Shown: positions 20,832 to 31,176 of the stretch, in pieces
How positions within the stretch are numbered: the stretch's first letter is position 1
How the letters are laid out: each line of letters starts with the position of its first letter
Assembly (NCBI GenBank): GCA_965224085.1
Contig: CBDCYI010000004.1
Span: forward strand, 512,001-576,000
From: Candidatus Marinacidobacterales bacterium
GTDB lineage: Bacteria; Acidobacteriota; Vicinamibacteria; Marinacidobacterales; SMYC01
Direction of reading: 5' to 3'
DNA length: 64,000 nt
Notes under the pieces: model-generated
The model's database searches: none
Told to the model about the DNA's origin: nothing
Seen by the model: the letters and a program-made list of their open reading frames with translations, nothing else
Translations under genes and position numbers: made by a program

Positions 20832-23503
20832 CGCAAGGTCGTTGTGGGGTCGATCTTGGTGGCGCGGCGCGCGGGTATTAGGCAGGCGATGGACGCGATT
20901 GTGAGAAACGTCGCGACGGTCGTTCCGATCGTCAAAGGATCCGCGGGGCGAACACCTACGAGAAAGCTTCGGAGCAAGGGCGCGGCCGCGAGGGACAACG
21001 TCGTGCCGAGCACCACGCCCCCGATCACGAGCTTCATCCCCGCATTCAACACCAAGCCAACCGCAGCCGTGGCGCTACTCCCCAGGGCCATCCGGATTCC
21101 GATCTCCTTCGTGCGGCGACTCACGGCATGGAGGACGATTCCGTAAACCCCGAGCGCGGCGAGCAGCAACCCGATGAGGCCGAGCGTTGCTGTCACCGAG
21201 GCGGCGACCCGCTGTGGTAAGAGCGACGCGTCGATCGTCTCCCGCGGCGTGACGAGATCGATAGGCGGCAAGTTTGGGTCGAGACCGTCGACCGCCTCCT
21301 GGATCTGGGACCGCAACGCCAAAGGATCGGCATCAGAGCGGACGAGCAGCTGCGCTCGCGGCGAATAGTTTTGCGCCAACGGAAGATAAAAGTGAGCCAT
21401 CGGCGCGTCGTCTTGAATCAAGTGCCGACTGTTGGCAGCGATGCCTATGACCTGTACAGCATCACCGTCCATGAAGAATTGCTGACCGACGGCGTTTCTA
21501 CCGCGCCAGAACCGTTCCGCCATCGTCCGGTTCACGATCGACACTGGTGGCCCTCGATCGTCAGAGCGCAAGAAGTCCCGGCCTCTGAGGATCGGGATGT
21601 CCACCGTGGCGAGATACGTCGTGTCGATCGCGTTGGCGTCGACCAAGAGCTCGGGTTGATCCGCTGGCGGTTCGAAGCCGGGAACGTCGATACGCCGTGG
21701 GTTCAGCGAAACGCCGATTGGCCGCCGCATCGCGAACGACGCGGAAGCTACTTCTGGAAGTAACGTCACGTCATCGAGGAGCTGCGCGAAAAGCAAACGG
21801 CCGCGCTCCTCCGTGTAATCCGTCTCGGGTAGGTTAATCGTGGTGCCGGCTACGAGATCGGCTTCGAAGCCCGGATCGATGCGCGCGCCCTCCCACAAGG
21901 ACCGTACGAACAATCCCGCTCCGGTCAAAAGCATCACCGCGCCCGCGATCTGGGCGACGACGAATGCGCTTCGCAAGCGACCTGGCTGCGTGTGTGTCTT
22001 GATTTCCGCCCACGCGCAGCGCGCGAATGGGATCTTGTCGAAGCGCCTCTCGCGCCGGAAAGAGCCCGGCGAGCAACGCGGCGCCGAGTGCTGTGATGGC
22101 CGTGAAACTGAGCACGCGCCAATCGAGGTCGAGGCTGAAGCCCAAAGGCCACTGGGTGGAGCTGAAGCGAAGCAGTGCCCGGACGGATCGCTCGGCGACG
22201 AGCGCGCCGCCGAGCCCGCCAAGGGTGAACAAGAGGAGCGCTTCGGTGAGCAGTTGACGTACGAGACGACCGCGTCTCGCACCCATCGCGACGCGAATGG
22301 CCATCTCTTTCTGCCGCGCGGTGGCGCGCGCGAGCAACATATTGCCGACGTTCAAGCAGGTGATCAGCAGAACGAGGCCTGTTACCGTCATCAAAATACC
22401 GAGGAATCCCATCACCCACCCCGCATCGAATGATCGATGCCCGTCGTGGGAACGATGCCGACCCGATGCCCTCTCTTCTCGGCGGGGTGCTCGGACTCGA
22501 GCTCTCTTGCGATGAGAGAGAAAGCCGCTTGTGCTTGGGATACGGAGACGTTCGGTTTGAGCCGCCCCATCAACTCGAAGCCTTGCGAGGCCCGATCGGA
22601 CAAATCGAAGTTAGGCAGGATCGACTCCGCGGTCGCGAGCGGCGCCCAGATCTCCATCGGGAATCCGATGAACGTTCCCTGAAATCCCTCCGCCGTTATG
22701 CCGATGACGGTGAACGGCGTTTCGTTCAAGAGAATCGTCGAACCGAGAAGCGATGGGTCGCCGCCCGCGCGACGTTGCCAGTAACCGTGACTCACGACCG
22801 CCACGGTAGATGCATTGCCCCGCATCCCCTCTTCCGGCCGAAACCCGCGACCCATAGCGGGCCGGATAGAAAGCAAATCGAAATAGTTGGCGGTTGCGAA
22901 TTGCACCCGGATCGCTTCGCCGCTACCGGCGGCGCCCAGCCGGACGAACCGACCGGTGAACACGACGAGCTCGGTCAACACGTCGTTGCGCTCGTCGTAG
23001 TCGATGTAGTCAGGATAGGAAAACCCGGAAAAGCTATTCCCACCCGGAACGTCGGCGAAGATGTCAACGACGGTGGACGGATTACCGATCGGCAAGGGGC
23101 GCAGGATAATCTCGTTGGCGAGCGTGAAGATAGCCGTATTGGCCCCGATGCCGAGCGACAGTGTCATCACAATCACGACCGTGAAACCGGGCCGCTTGAT
23201 GAGAGTCCGAAAAGCGTAGCGCACGTCTTGGCGCGAGCGATCGAGCCCCCCGCGCCATCCGCGTCGGTCCCTCGCCTCAGGCGGTGTCACGTTTCTACGC
23301 ATGAGCACAGACAGCCACGCGCGGCTGGCCGTCACGACGAAATCACGAAGGACCTTCCAGGTGAATCGAGCGCGGCCGAACCGCGTGTCGAGCTTCGCGT
23401 GCGAGCGAATCTCGTTGAATAGCTCGATCATGAGATCGCCGAACTCGTGTCGGAACGAAGACGGGTAGAGACGTAGGAGGCGCCGGAACCACTGCTCAGC
23501 CAT
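20822..23503 (-). pseudogene. ADOP (acidobacterial duplicated orphan permease, MacB-like) with two frameshifts
   Basis: LLRLYPSSFR, QDVRYAFRTL..PGF, GIGANTAIF, RQKEMAIRVAMGA, RTKEIGIRMALG, PARRATKIDP; frameshifts near 22415 and 22030. Confidence 0.88.
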
Positions 23504-23887
23504 TCAGACAACCTTGGCGCGCCGGATCAGTTTTTGGGATTCAGCGTAACCGACAATCGCCGCGAGAACCTCGACCTCTTGCTTCAACACCTCGCGGCCG
23601 AAAACGGTGAGAGCGTAGAATCGGCGGCGCTCATCTTGAGAATCGGCCGAATCAGCAGACGGAGCGGACACTTCCTTCAACAGGTCGGCATCGACGAGTC
23701 GCTTGATGGCCCAATAGAGAGAGCCCGGACCGAGCTTGACGGCGCCACCGGTGCGCTGCTGGACCGTCTGCATGATTGCGTAGCCATGACTGGCTTCATT
23801 GGCGACCGCGAGGAGGATATGAAAAAAAGCCGGCGTCAGACGAATGGGCGTCGCGACCTTTGGGCTCGAACGTGTTTTCTTAGTCAT
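23504..23887 (-). CDS. PadR family transcriptional regulator
   Basis: HILLAV...HGYAIM...LGPGSLY...RRRFYALT; typical partner of ADOP. Confidence 0.92.
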   Translation of the reverse strand: MTKKTRSSPKVATPIRLTPAFFHILLAVANEASHGYAIMQTVQQRTGGAVKLGPGSLYWAIKRLVDADLLKEVSAPSADSADSQDERRRFYALTVFGREVLKQEVEVLAAIVGYAESQKLIRRAKVV

Positions 23888-23939
23888 AGCATAGCCTTCG
23901 TTATATCGAAAACTATTATAGTACGCTACACGGACGCGA

Positions 23940-25442
23940 TCAAGCTTTTCCCGGCACGCCGACCGCGGCAAGAAACATCACGGCCTTTCCAGCGGCGTGC
24001 GGCGAGAAGAACTCCGTGACCGCGTCATCGAAGAACGTTAGCCCGGAGGCGCCAAGGCCGAGCGCGTAGCTCGCCAAGTAGACCCTGCCGCCAACGATCC
24101 CTCCTTCCAGCTGAGCGACGCGATAGCCGCGCTCGCCCAGTCGTTCCAACAGCGGCTCCAAAGCGACGAGCACGTAGATGTTCGCGCTTGCATCGCCCGC
24201 GAGGTCTTGCTCGAGGTCGAGATAGCGAGCTTCGCTCCGAAACGAACCCTTCTTCAGAAGAGTCAGCGCCCCCTCCGCGGGATCGTAGAAGTAGGTTCCT
24301 GGCGCAAGGTCGTCGACGTCGTTCGCGATGACATAGAGATCCGTCAAAATCGATCCCGAGTCGAATACGTCTCCGTCGACACCGCGGCTCGCGGTCGTGA
24401 GAATCGTCGAGAGAGCGTCGTAAGAGATGGACGCTCGCTCGAAACGTCGCGACGAGCCTCTCCGGCGAATCACCGTTTCGACGGGTGCCGTTTCGTCGTC
24501 CGTCGGCCAGGCGGCCTCCGCGCGCGGTCGGGAAAAAACCACGCCTTGCTCCCGCCAAGCACGCGCCCGGTCCCCGTCTCGCAGGATCGAGGCACCATGG
24601 GTCTCACGAATGAGCGGGTAATCGACCTCCGCGCGCGAAAGTGGGACCGTCTCGTGACCCATTGGCTCGACGGCGCCTGGCGCTTGTGGGATCTCTAGAG
24701 CACCGCCTCCGAGCGAAACGATCGCCACCGCCGCTTCTTTGTTGCTATCGACATCGAGCAGGCGGTTGACGTCCTCGTCCGCGAAACCGAGCACGAGATG
24801 GGCCGGCACCTCGAGCGCAGACGTCATCGCGAGCAGGTTGGCCAGCATCGTGCCGCTATCCCAAAACGTATGGCGATAGGCCCGTGCCCGGTACTTCCAC
24901 GCGTTTCTCCAATAGGTGCTCGTAAGAACGATCGCTGCTTGGGCTTCCCGGAGGCCCGGCCCTCCGCCTGACGCTTCGACGAGGCTTCCCCGCCAGTCTC
25001 CGTCGCGGAGTACTTCGAGCACCCCGCGCTTCGGCCCGTAATGGTACACGCCCGCATCCAGACCAACGACCGAGCCCGAAACCAAATAGAGCTCGACGTG
25101 GTACAGCGCTCCCGTGCATGCGGCGGCGCGGAAAAGCATCTGACCGCCTGGATAGTCGCGTTTCTTGGTGATGCCGGCGGTGTAAAAGAGGATTCGAGCG
25201 AGCGCCTGGAGGTCGAGCCCTTTTTTTGAGATGCGCGGGCTCGCATTCATGACGGTGAGGGCCGACACTTTGCCGGTTTCGCTCACGTCCGGCAATGGGA
25301 TTTCGCGCAGATGTCGATAGAGCTTGAACGGACGAGGCTGGTTGTCCCAATCCAGAAAATGCGGAACGTGTCGCACGCTCTGATAGCTGTGCTTCGTTGC
25401 GTCGTGGAATCGGCGGGCAGCTTCTCCGCGGTCGCCCTCCAT
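23940..25442 (-). CDS. SagB/ThcOx-family dehydrogenase (tandem nitroreductase domains)
   Basis: FHDATKHS, LDWDNQP, RAAACTGALY, WKYRARAYR, IRRRGSSR, GASGLTFFDD. Confidence 0.88.
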   Translation of the reverse strand: MEGDRGEAARRFHDATKHSYQSVRHVPHFLDWDNQPRPFKLYRHLREIPLPDVSETGKVSALTVMNASPRISKKGLDLQALARILFYTAGITKKRDYPGGQMLFRAAACTGALYHVELYLVSGSVVGLDAGVYHYGPKRGVLEVLRDGDWRGSLVEASGGGPGLREAQAAIVLTSTYWRNAWKYRARAYRHTFWDSGTMLANLLAMTSALEVPAHLVLGFADEDVNRLLDVDSNKEAAVAIVSLGGGALEIPQAPGAVEPMGHETVPLSRAEVDYPLIRETHGASILRDGDRARAWREQGVVFSRPRAEAAWPTDDETAPVETVIRRRGSSRRFERASISYDALSTILTTASRGVDGDVFDSGSILTDLYVIANDVDDLAPGTYFYDPAEGALTLLKKGSFRSEARYLDLEQDLAGDASANIYVLVALEPLLERLGERGYRVAQLEGGIVGGRVYLASYALGLGASGLTFFDDAVTEFFSPHAAGKAVMFLAAVGVPGKA

Positions 25443-25521
25443 GGCGGAGGATGGTACCACCTTGTCCCCTGCATCGCTGGGCTTTTGCGGCGATTTCACC
25501 GATGCAAGTACAATCGACCAC

Positions 25522-26232
25522 ATGGGCCTGTCATCGGTACATGATGTGATGAAGCGCTTCCAGCAGTTGGCGACGCCTCTAGTTGCGGATGCCGTGATCC
25601 GATTGGGGTTGCCTGCGACGATCGCGGCGAGCGGCATACGGCCCGTCGTCGCGGGCTCGAAGTTCGCCGGGCCGGCCTCTCCTGTCGTCCTCAACGGCTT
25701 CGCCGACCGCATACTCGAGTGCATCTACAGGAGCGACGCGGGAGACGTCCTGGTGTTGGACAACAAAGGTCGTTCCGACGAGGCCTGCTTCGGAGACCTC
25801 GCGGCCTATGAGGCGCGTTCGCAAGGTCTGGTTGGCATCGTCATCTGGGGCCGGTATCGTGATAGCGCGGAGGTCGAGGAGATCGGTGTTCCCCTATTTT
25901 CGTACGGAACGTACCCGTTGGGTATGCAGCGCGCGTTCGCCCCCGTCGAAGAACCCCTCGCCCGCTGCCAGTTCGACGAAGCGAACGTCGAGCGAGGCGA
26001 CTACGTGTTCGCAGACGACGACGGCGTCTTGTTCGTCCCAAAAGACCATATCGAGAGCGTTGTGGACACGGCCGAGGAGATCCGGGGCGCGGAGCAAGCA
26101 CAAGTAGAGAAGATTCGCGCGGGCACGACGCTGAGAGAGCAACTCCAATTCGATCTTTATCTACGCGAGAAGAAGAACAACCCATCGCTGACGCTCGGCG
26201 AGCACATGAAGAAGATCGGCCGGCATTTTTGA
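25522..26232 (+). CDS. RraA / HMG aldolase family protein
   Basis: TPLVADA, GDVLVLDN, ACFGDL, GRYRD, GDYVFADDDGV. Confidence 0.9.
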   Translation: MGLSSVHDVMKRFQQLATPLVADAVIRLGLPATIAASGIRPVVAGSKFAGPASPVVLNGFADRILECIYRSDAGDVLVLDNKGRSDEACFGDLAAYEARSQGLVGIVIWGRYRDSAEVEEIGVPLFSYGTYPLGMQRAFAPVEEPLARCQFDEANVERGDYVFADDDGVLFVPKDHIESVVDTAEEIRGAEQAQVEKIRAGTTLREQLQFDLYLREKKNNPSLTLGEHMKKIGRHF

Positions 26233-26315
26233 TAGACGGAGAATTGCTGAGGGCTGCTTGGTCCAGACCAAGGACGTGAGAAACAATTGACGAACACGCT
26301 AGTGGGGTGCAACGC

Positions 26316-26560
26316 AAAAAGTTCTCATTTTTTCTTGACAACTTCTGTGGGGCACGTTGCACGAAGTTGCAAGGCGATCGAGGATGCCCATGTGACACGT
26401 TGTAATCGCGTATAGAGACCAGAACTCTGACAGAAGATTTTCAACGTCGTCTCGGCGCGCGTTCCGTCGATTGCGCGCGACCCCATGAGGCGCAAAAAGT
26501 CCGTGCTATAAAGAAAGCATGGCAGATAAATTCAAGCTCGATTCGATTTCAGATGAACGT
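26316..26560 (+). repeat. Conserved non-coding leader plus gene start of the DUF222/HNH-type element, copy A
   Basis: Homologous by eye to the reverse complement of 30624-30860 (CTTGACAA, GCGATCGAGG, TCGCGTA..GAGAC, GTGCTATAAAGAA, ATGGC...AAATTCAA.CTCGATTCGATTTCAGATGA). Confidence 0.85.
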
Positions 26561-27110
26561 CTAATTCGACGTCGGAGATACTGAATGAGTCGCGGCGCGT
26601 CGAGGTCGAGCTCGTCGCACACATTGGCGAAGTGGACCGCCGGCGGTTATTTGCAAACCTGGCGGCGCGATCGATGTTTGTCTATTGCACCGAGAGGTTG
26701 CATTTATCGGAGGCAGAGGCTTACCTGCGTATCCGCGTCGCACGCGCCTCTCGGAAGCATCCAACGCTCCTTCCGATGCTCGAGGACGGACGCCTTCACT
26801 TGAGCGGTATCGCCAAGCTCGCGCCGGTTCCTACCGAAGCTAATTGCGATGAGCTCTTGGCGCGGGCGGCGCACAAGAGCAAGTGGAAGATCGAAGAGTT
26901 GGTTGCCGAGATTGCGCCCAAGCCGGACGTCGCTTCGAGGATGCGCAAGCTTCCGGCAAAACGTGAACCTTCCAAGCCGGCGCCAGGCGTAGCGCTGCGC
27001 CCGGACGCAGTCGAAAACCCGGCGCCTGTCGTCGAGCTGCGCCCGGACGCAGTTGAAGCTCCGGCTCCAGTCGAGCCGCGTCCGGCTCCGGTAAAGCCGG
27101 CGGTAGTACG
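26519..27110 (+). pseudogene. DUF222/HNH endonuclease-type gene, frameshifted and missing the HNH domain
   Basis: MADKFKLDSISDE..., ELVAHIGEVDRRRLF, SMFVYCTERLHLSEAEAYLRIRVARASRKHP, DGRLHLSGI. Confidence 0.8.
26995..27052 (+). repeat. Two 16-bp near-palindromic direct repeats CTGCGCCCGGACGCAG, 42-nt period
   Basis: Copies at 26995 and 27037; each encodes LRPDA; spacer between them is unique. Confidence 0.85.
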
Positions 27111-27470
27111 AGCCACGTATCATCGGCGTCTTGGATTGGGAGCTCTCGACGCTCGGACATCCTCTCGCCGACCTTGCTTACTACTGCCAGACCTATCACA
27201 TCGACACCCACCACGCGCGACTCGCTTCTTTAGCGGGAACTGCGACCGGTATCCCAACCGAAGCGGAGACTATCCAGAGTTATTGCCGGCACACCGAACG
27301 CACCAAGATACCGGACTGGCCGTACTACATGGCGTTTTCGATGTTCCGGCTCGCTGGGATCGCACAAGGCGTCTACAAGCGCGGCTTGGACGGTAATGCG
27401 AGCTCGCCGCGCGCTCGAGATGGGAAAGAAGGTCGAAGCGCTCAGCAATACCGCGTGGGTGCTCATCGAA
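27110..27470 (+). pseudogene. C-terminal fragment of an APH / ACAD10-like phosphotransferase
   Basis: IIGVLDWELSTLGHPLADLAY, FRLAGIAQGVYKRGLDGNASS. Confidence 0.85.
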
Positions 27471-27511
27471 TAACGGACTTCAGTGCTAACATCCTGCGCG
27501 AGCGGAGGAAG

Positions 27512-30511
27512 ATGTCCATGCGTTTTCGAGTTTGCTTTCTAATCGCTGGCCTAAGCGTCGTCGCGGCCTTCGCCTCGACCCAAGAGCTCACGACCGAGAT
27601 GCTTTCGGGGCTCGAGCTGCGCAACATCGGCCCGGCCAACATGAGCGGCCGATTCGTCGACCTCGCTGTCGTGGAATCGGACCCGTACATCTATTACGCG
27701 GCCTCGGCCACGGGCGGGGTGTTCAAGACCACGAATAACGGCGTCACCTTCGAGCCCGTCTTCGAGAAAGAAGCAACGCATTCTGTCGGCGATATCGCCG
27801 TCCATCAGAAAAACCCCGACATCGTATGGGTCGGAACAGGAGAGCGCGCCAACCGGCAGAGCTCGTCTTGGGGCGACGGTGTCTATAAATCCACGGATGC
27901 GGGCGAGACGTGGACGAACATGGGCCTTCGTGAATCGCGCCACGTCGGGCGCATCGTGCTCCATCCCGAGAGCACCGACATCGTCTACGTCGCCGCGATG
28001 GGGCATCTCTTTGGCGACAACGAAGAGCGCGGCCTCTACAAATCCACCGATGGCGGCGCCACTTGGCAGAAGATGTTGCACATCGACGAGATGACCGGCG
28101 TCGTCGATGTGGCCATGGATCCGAGCGCCCCGAATATCCTTTACGCAGCGACCTATCAACGCCAGCGCAAGTCTTTCGGCTTCCACGGCGGCGGGCCTGG
28201 CAGCGGCTTGTATAAATCCACCGATGCAGGCGAGAGCTGGACGGAGCTTTCGCGCGGACTTCCCGAAGGGGATTACGGGCGCATCGGGATTTCGATCTAT
28301 CGCAAAGACCCGAACATCGTTTATGTCTGTATCGAGCAAGGGCTGCGCTACACCGCCTCCACCTCTTACGAGGAGCGCCTCGCAGGCATCTACCGCTCGG
28401 AAGACAAAGGCGAAAGCTGGACGTTCATGAGCGATTGGAATCCGCGGCCGATGTATGCGAGTCAGATTCTCGTCGACCCAAACGACGACCAGCGTATCTA
28501 TATGGAGAACGCTTTCAGCTGGTCCGACGACGGCGGCAAGACCTTCAAGGTTCCTCGCCAATCGATTCACTCCGACGATCGCCATCTATGGGTCAACCCG
28601 GACGACTCGCGCCATCTCATCAAAGCTAGCGACGGCGCGCTCGCGACTTCCTACGATCGCGGCGAGACGTGGCTCTTCGTCCCCTCGCTTCCCATCAGCC
28701 AGTACTACCACGTGCGCATCGACATGGAGAACCCGTACAACGTGTATGGCGGACTTCAAGACAACGGCAGCTGGAAAGGACCGAGCGCGACTTACCGATC
28801 CGAAGGCATTTTGAACGAAGACTGGACACGACTCGGGGGCGGCGACGGCTTTCTGAGCGAAGTCGACCCGGCAGAACCGCATATGGTCTATGCCGAATCG
28901 CAATATCTCGGTCTCACACGCGTCGACACCCGCACGAACGAAAAGCGCCAGATCCGTCCGGGCACGACAATGGGCTGGATCGAATCCCGGCGAAACTGGG
29001 ATGTGTGGGGTACGGGCAAAGCCGATCCGTTTCTCGGAAACGCCATCCCTCCCGCCAACTGGGACGGACCGTTTTTGATCTCGCCCCACAATCCGTCGAC
29101 CGTTTATGCGGGGACCAACGAGCTTTGGAGAACGACGGACCGCGGACAGTCGTGGGAGTCTCTCGGCGATTTGACGACCGGCGTCGAACGCAGCGAGCTA
29201 TCGATCATGGGGCAAGAACCGACGTCGACGACGACGTCTCTCGACGACGGTATCCCGTTTTATCCGACGATGACGGCGATCGCGGAGTCCCCTCTCGTCG
29301 AAGGGCTTCTCTACGCAGGGACCGATGATGGCAACGTCGCCGTTTCGCATGATGCCGGCGCGAGTTGGACGCAAGTCGGCGACCGCTTACCGGGCGTTCC
29401 CAGCTCGGCATGGGTAAATGCCATCGCGCCCTCGCACTTCGACGAGAACACGGTCTATGTCGTCGTCAATAACTACCGTAACGACGACTACAGAAACTAT
29501 CTCTATTTCTCGCGAGACGCGGGCACTTCGTGGGCCTCCATCGCCTCGAACATCCCGCACGGGCGCGTGCTGCGTACCGTTCGCGAAGATACGCGCAACG
29601 CGAATCTTCTCTATGTCGGCGCCGAGATTGGACTCTTCGTTAGCATCGACGCTGGAGAAAGATGGGTAGAACACAAGAGCAACATGCCGACGCTTGCTAT
29701 CAACGACCTCGTCATTCATCCGCGCGACAACGATCTCGTTCTCGCCACACACGGCCGCGGCATCTGGATTCTCGACAACGTGAACGCGCTTCAAGAGATG
29801 ACCGACGAAGTGCTCGCGAGCTACGCGCACCTATTCACCATCGAGCCCGCCGAGATGCTCCGTTTGATTCGCGTGAAGGCGCAGCCGGGCGACATGGTCT
29901 TCAGCGGGAAGAATCCACCTGCGGGCGCCATCATCGACTACTACATGAAGGACGATGCCGACGAAGACAGTATCTCGCTGCGCGTGCTCGATGGCGCAGG
30001 GAGCGAAGTGCAGTCACTCGAGGCGAAACACGCACGCGGTGTCCATCGCGTCGTATGGAACTTGCGCCATGAGAAACTCCCCGACCCCGCAGGTGAGGAG
30101 CCCGATCAATTCGGCGAGCCGCGCGAGGGCGCGGCAGGGCCGCGCGTCGTTCCCGGAGATTACACGGTGAGGCTCGAACTGTCTGGAACGGCTTACGAGC
30201 AGGCCGTCCGCGTCGACGAGGACGCGCGCATCCAAGTCACGCCGGCGGCACGGCGTTCGTGGACCAAAACGCTCCTCGAGCTCGCGTCTATGTACCGCGA
30301 GACGAATGGATGGGTCGAGACATTTTTTACCGGTCGCTCCGAAGACGATGAGCCGGAAGACGACGAGAAGCTCGTACGCGAGCTGCGCCGCCGCATCGGA
30401 ATTCTTTACGGACAGCTCTCGGGCTGGACAGGAAGCCCGACGGCAGACCAAAAGACCCAAGTGCAGTTTCTCGCGGACGCGATGGACAGGTTGTCGCCGG
30501 AGGCCCCCTGA
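27512..30511 (+). CDS. Secreted BNR/Asp-box (VPS10/sortilin-like) beta-propeller glycosyl hydrolase-like protein
   Basis: GGAGG RBS, signal peptide, RNIGPANMSGR, repeated YKSTD.GE.W Asp boxes, GGLQDNG, ATHGRG. Confidence 0.92.
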   Translation: MSMRFRVCFLIAGLSVVAAFASTQELTTEMLSGLELRNIGPANMSGRFVDLAVVESDPYIYYAASATGGVFKTTNNGVTFEPVFEKEATHSVGDIAVHQKNPDIVWVGTGERANRQSSSWGDGVYKSTDAGETWTNMGLRESRHVGRIVLHPESTDIVYVAAMGHLFGDNEERGLYKSTDGGATWQKMLHIDEMTGVVDVAMDPSAPNILYAATYQRQRKSFGFHGGGPGSGLYKSTDAGESWTELSRGLPEGDYGRIGISIYRKDPNIVYVCIEQGLRYTASTSYEERLAGIYRSEDKGESWTFMSDWNPRPMYASQILVDPNDDQRIYMENAFSWSDDGGKTFKVPRQSIHSDDRHLWVNPDDSRHLIKASDGALATSYDRGETWLFVPSLPISQYYHVRIDMENPYNVYGGLQDNGSWKGPSATYRSEGILNEDWTRLGGGDGFLSEVDPAEPHMVYAESQYLGLTRVDTRTNEKRQIRPGTTMGWIESRRNWDVWGTGKADPFLGNAIPPANWDGPFLISPHNPSTVYAGTNELWRTTDRGQSWESLGDLTTGVERSELSIMGQEPTSTTTSLDDGIPFYPTMTAIAESPLVEGLLYAGTDDGNVAVSHDAGASWTQVGDRLPGVPSSAWVNAIAPSHFDENTVYVVVNNYRNDDYRNYLYFSRDAGTSWASIASNIPHGRVLRTVREDTRNANLLYVGAEIGLFVSIDAGERWVEHKSNMPTLAINDLVIHPRDNDLVLATHGRGIWILDNVNALQEMTDEVLASYAHLFTIEPAEMLRLIRVKAQPGDMVFSGKNPPAGAIIDYYMKDDADEDSISLRVLDGAGSEVQSLEAKHARGVHRVVWNLRHEKLPDPAGEEPDQFGEPREGAAGPRVVPGDYTVRLELSGTAYEQAVRVDEDARIQVTPAARRSWTKTLLELASMYRETNGWVETFFTGRSEDDEPEDDEKLVRELRRRIGILYGQLSGWTGSPTADQKTQVQFLADAMDRLSPEAP

Positions 30512-30623
30512 GAATCACCTTGGTCTCGGGCCTCACTTTGCCGTGGTCCGACACTGCTCGGTCACTTGGCCTCGGGGTCGTCCAAACCGAAAACGATCGC
30601 GGCGACTATGGTTGTCGGAATCT

Positions 30624-30860
30624 CATCTGAAATCGAATCGAGATTGAATTTGTTGGCCATGCTTCTTTATAGCACGCGTTTTTTCGACGTCGGGAGCTCC
30701 CGCCCAATGGACGATCGCGAGTCGTGATCACGTTCGAAACTCTTTTTGCGAGATTGCGTCTCGGTACGCGACACGCACGCGTCACACGCGCACCCTCGAT
30801 CGCACTTCCAAGTTGCACAAATAGCTTGCAAAAACTTGTCAAGCACATTCGATCTTTTTC
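30624..30860 (-). repeat. Conserved leader plus truncated gene start of the DUF222/HNH-type element, copy B
   Basis: ATG at 30660 encodes MANKFNLDSISDE before homology ends; upstream ~200 bp is homologous to 26316-26518. Confidence 0.85.
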
Positions 30861-31101
30861 TTAGGCGAAAGTGCTCGCAGTACTTGGTCCGGACAAAATT
30901 GTCAGCCGACGACGTTCAGAGCAGGGACTCCTGATCCATCGCTTCCTTGCCGTAACCGCGCTCGGCCCTGACACCGTTGTGATGGACGCCATCGCGTACC
31001 GTATCCGGTACTTGGGACAGGGTTGTTTACTCCGAGTGTCCCGCTGACCTGATTCCAGGACACCGACGGGGCCGTTGGCCTGGTTCCGCCGGAACCCTGA
31101 C

Positions 31102-31117
31102 TGGCACGGCGATTGCA
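31102..31117 (+). promoter_or_regulatory. sigma54 (-24/-12) promoter
   Basis: TGGCAC-GGCGA-TTGCA matches TGGCAC-N5-TTGCW. Confidence 0.7.
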
Positions 31118-31150
31118 AATTCTTCCACTGTTCAAGAGAGGAGGTGTCTA

Positions 31151-31170
31151 ACGTTAGGTTATACTAACGT
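31151..31170. promoter_or_regulatory. Putative ArsR operator
   Basis: Perfect 7-6-7 inverted repeat ACGTTAG-GTTATA-CTAACGT overlapping a TATACT -10 box just before the ArsR gene. Confidence 0.7.
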
Positions 31171-31176
31171 AACAGA

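Noticed and set aside
23940-25442. RiPP (TOMM) cluster around the SagB-like gene
   Set aside because: No YcaO, precursor peptide or transporter nearby; it appears standalone.
26995-27052. CRISPR array
   Set aside because: Only two 16-bp units, inside a coding frame, with no cas genes.
27131-30511. 1126-aa phosphotransferase-glycosyl hydrolase fusion in the ORF track
   Set aside because: Read-through from a frameshifted remnant; the true start is 27512 with RBS and signal peptide.
30515-30577. Three short imperfect TCAC(C/T)T..C..GG repeats downstream of HNH copy B
   Set aside because: Too short and degenerate to distinguish from chance without further copies.
26316-30860. Composite transposon carrying the BNR gene
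   Set aside because: The flanking copies are too diverged and differently truncated, and no target duplication was seen.
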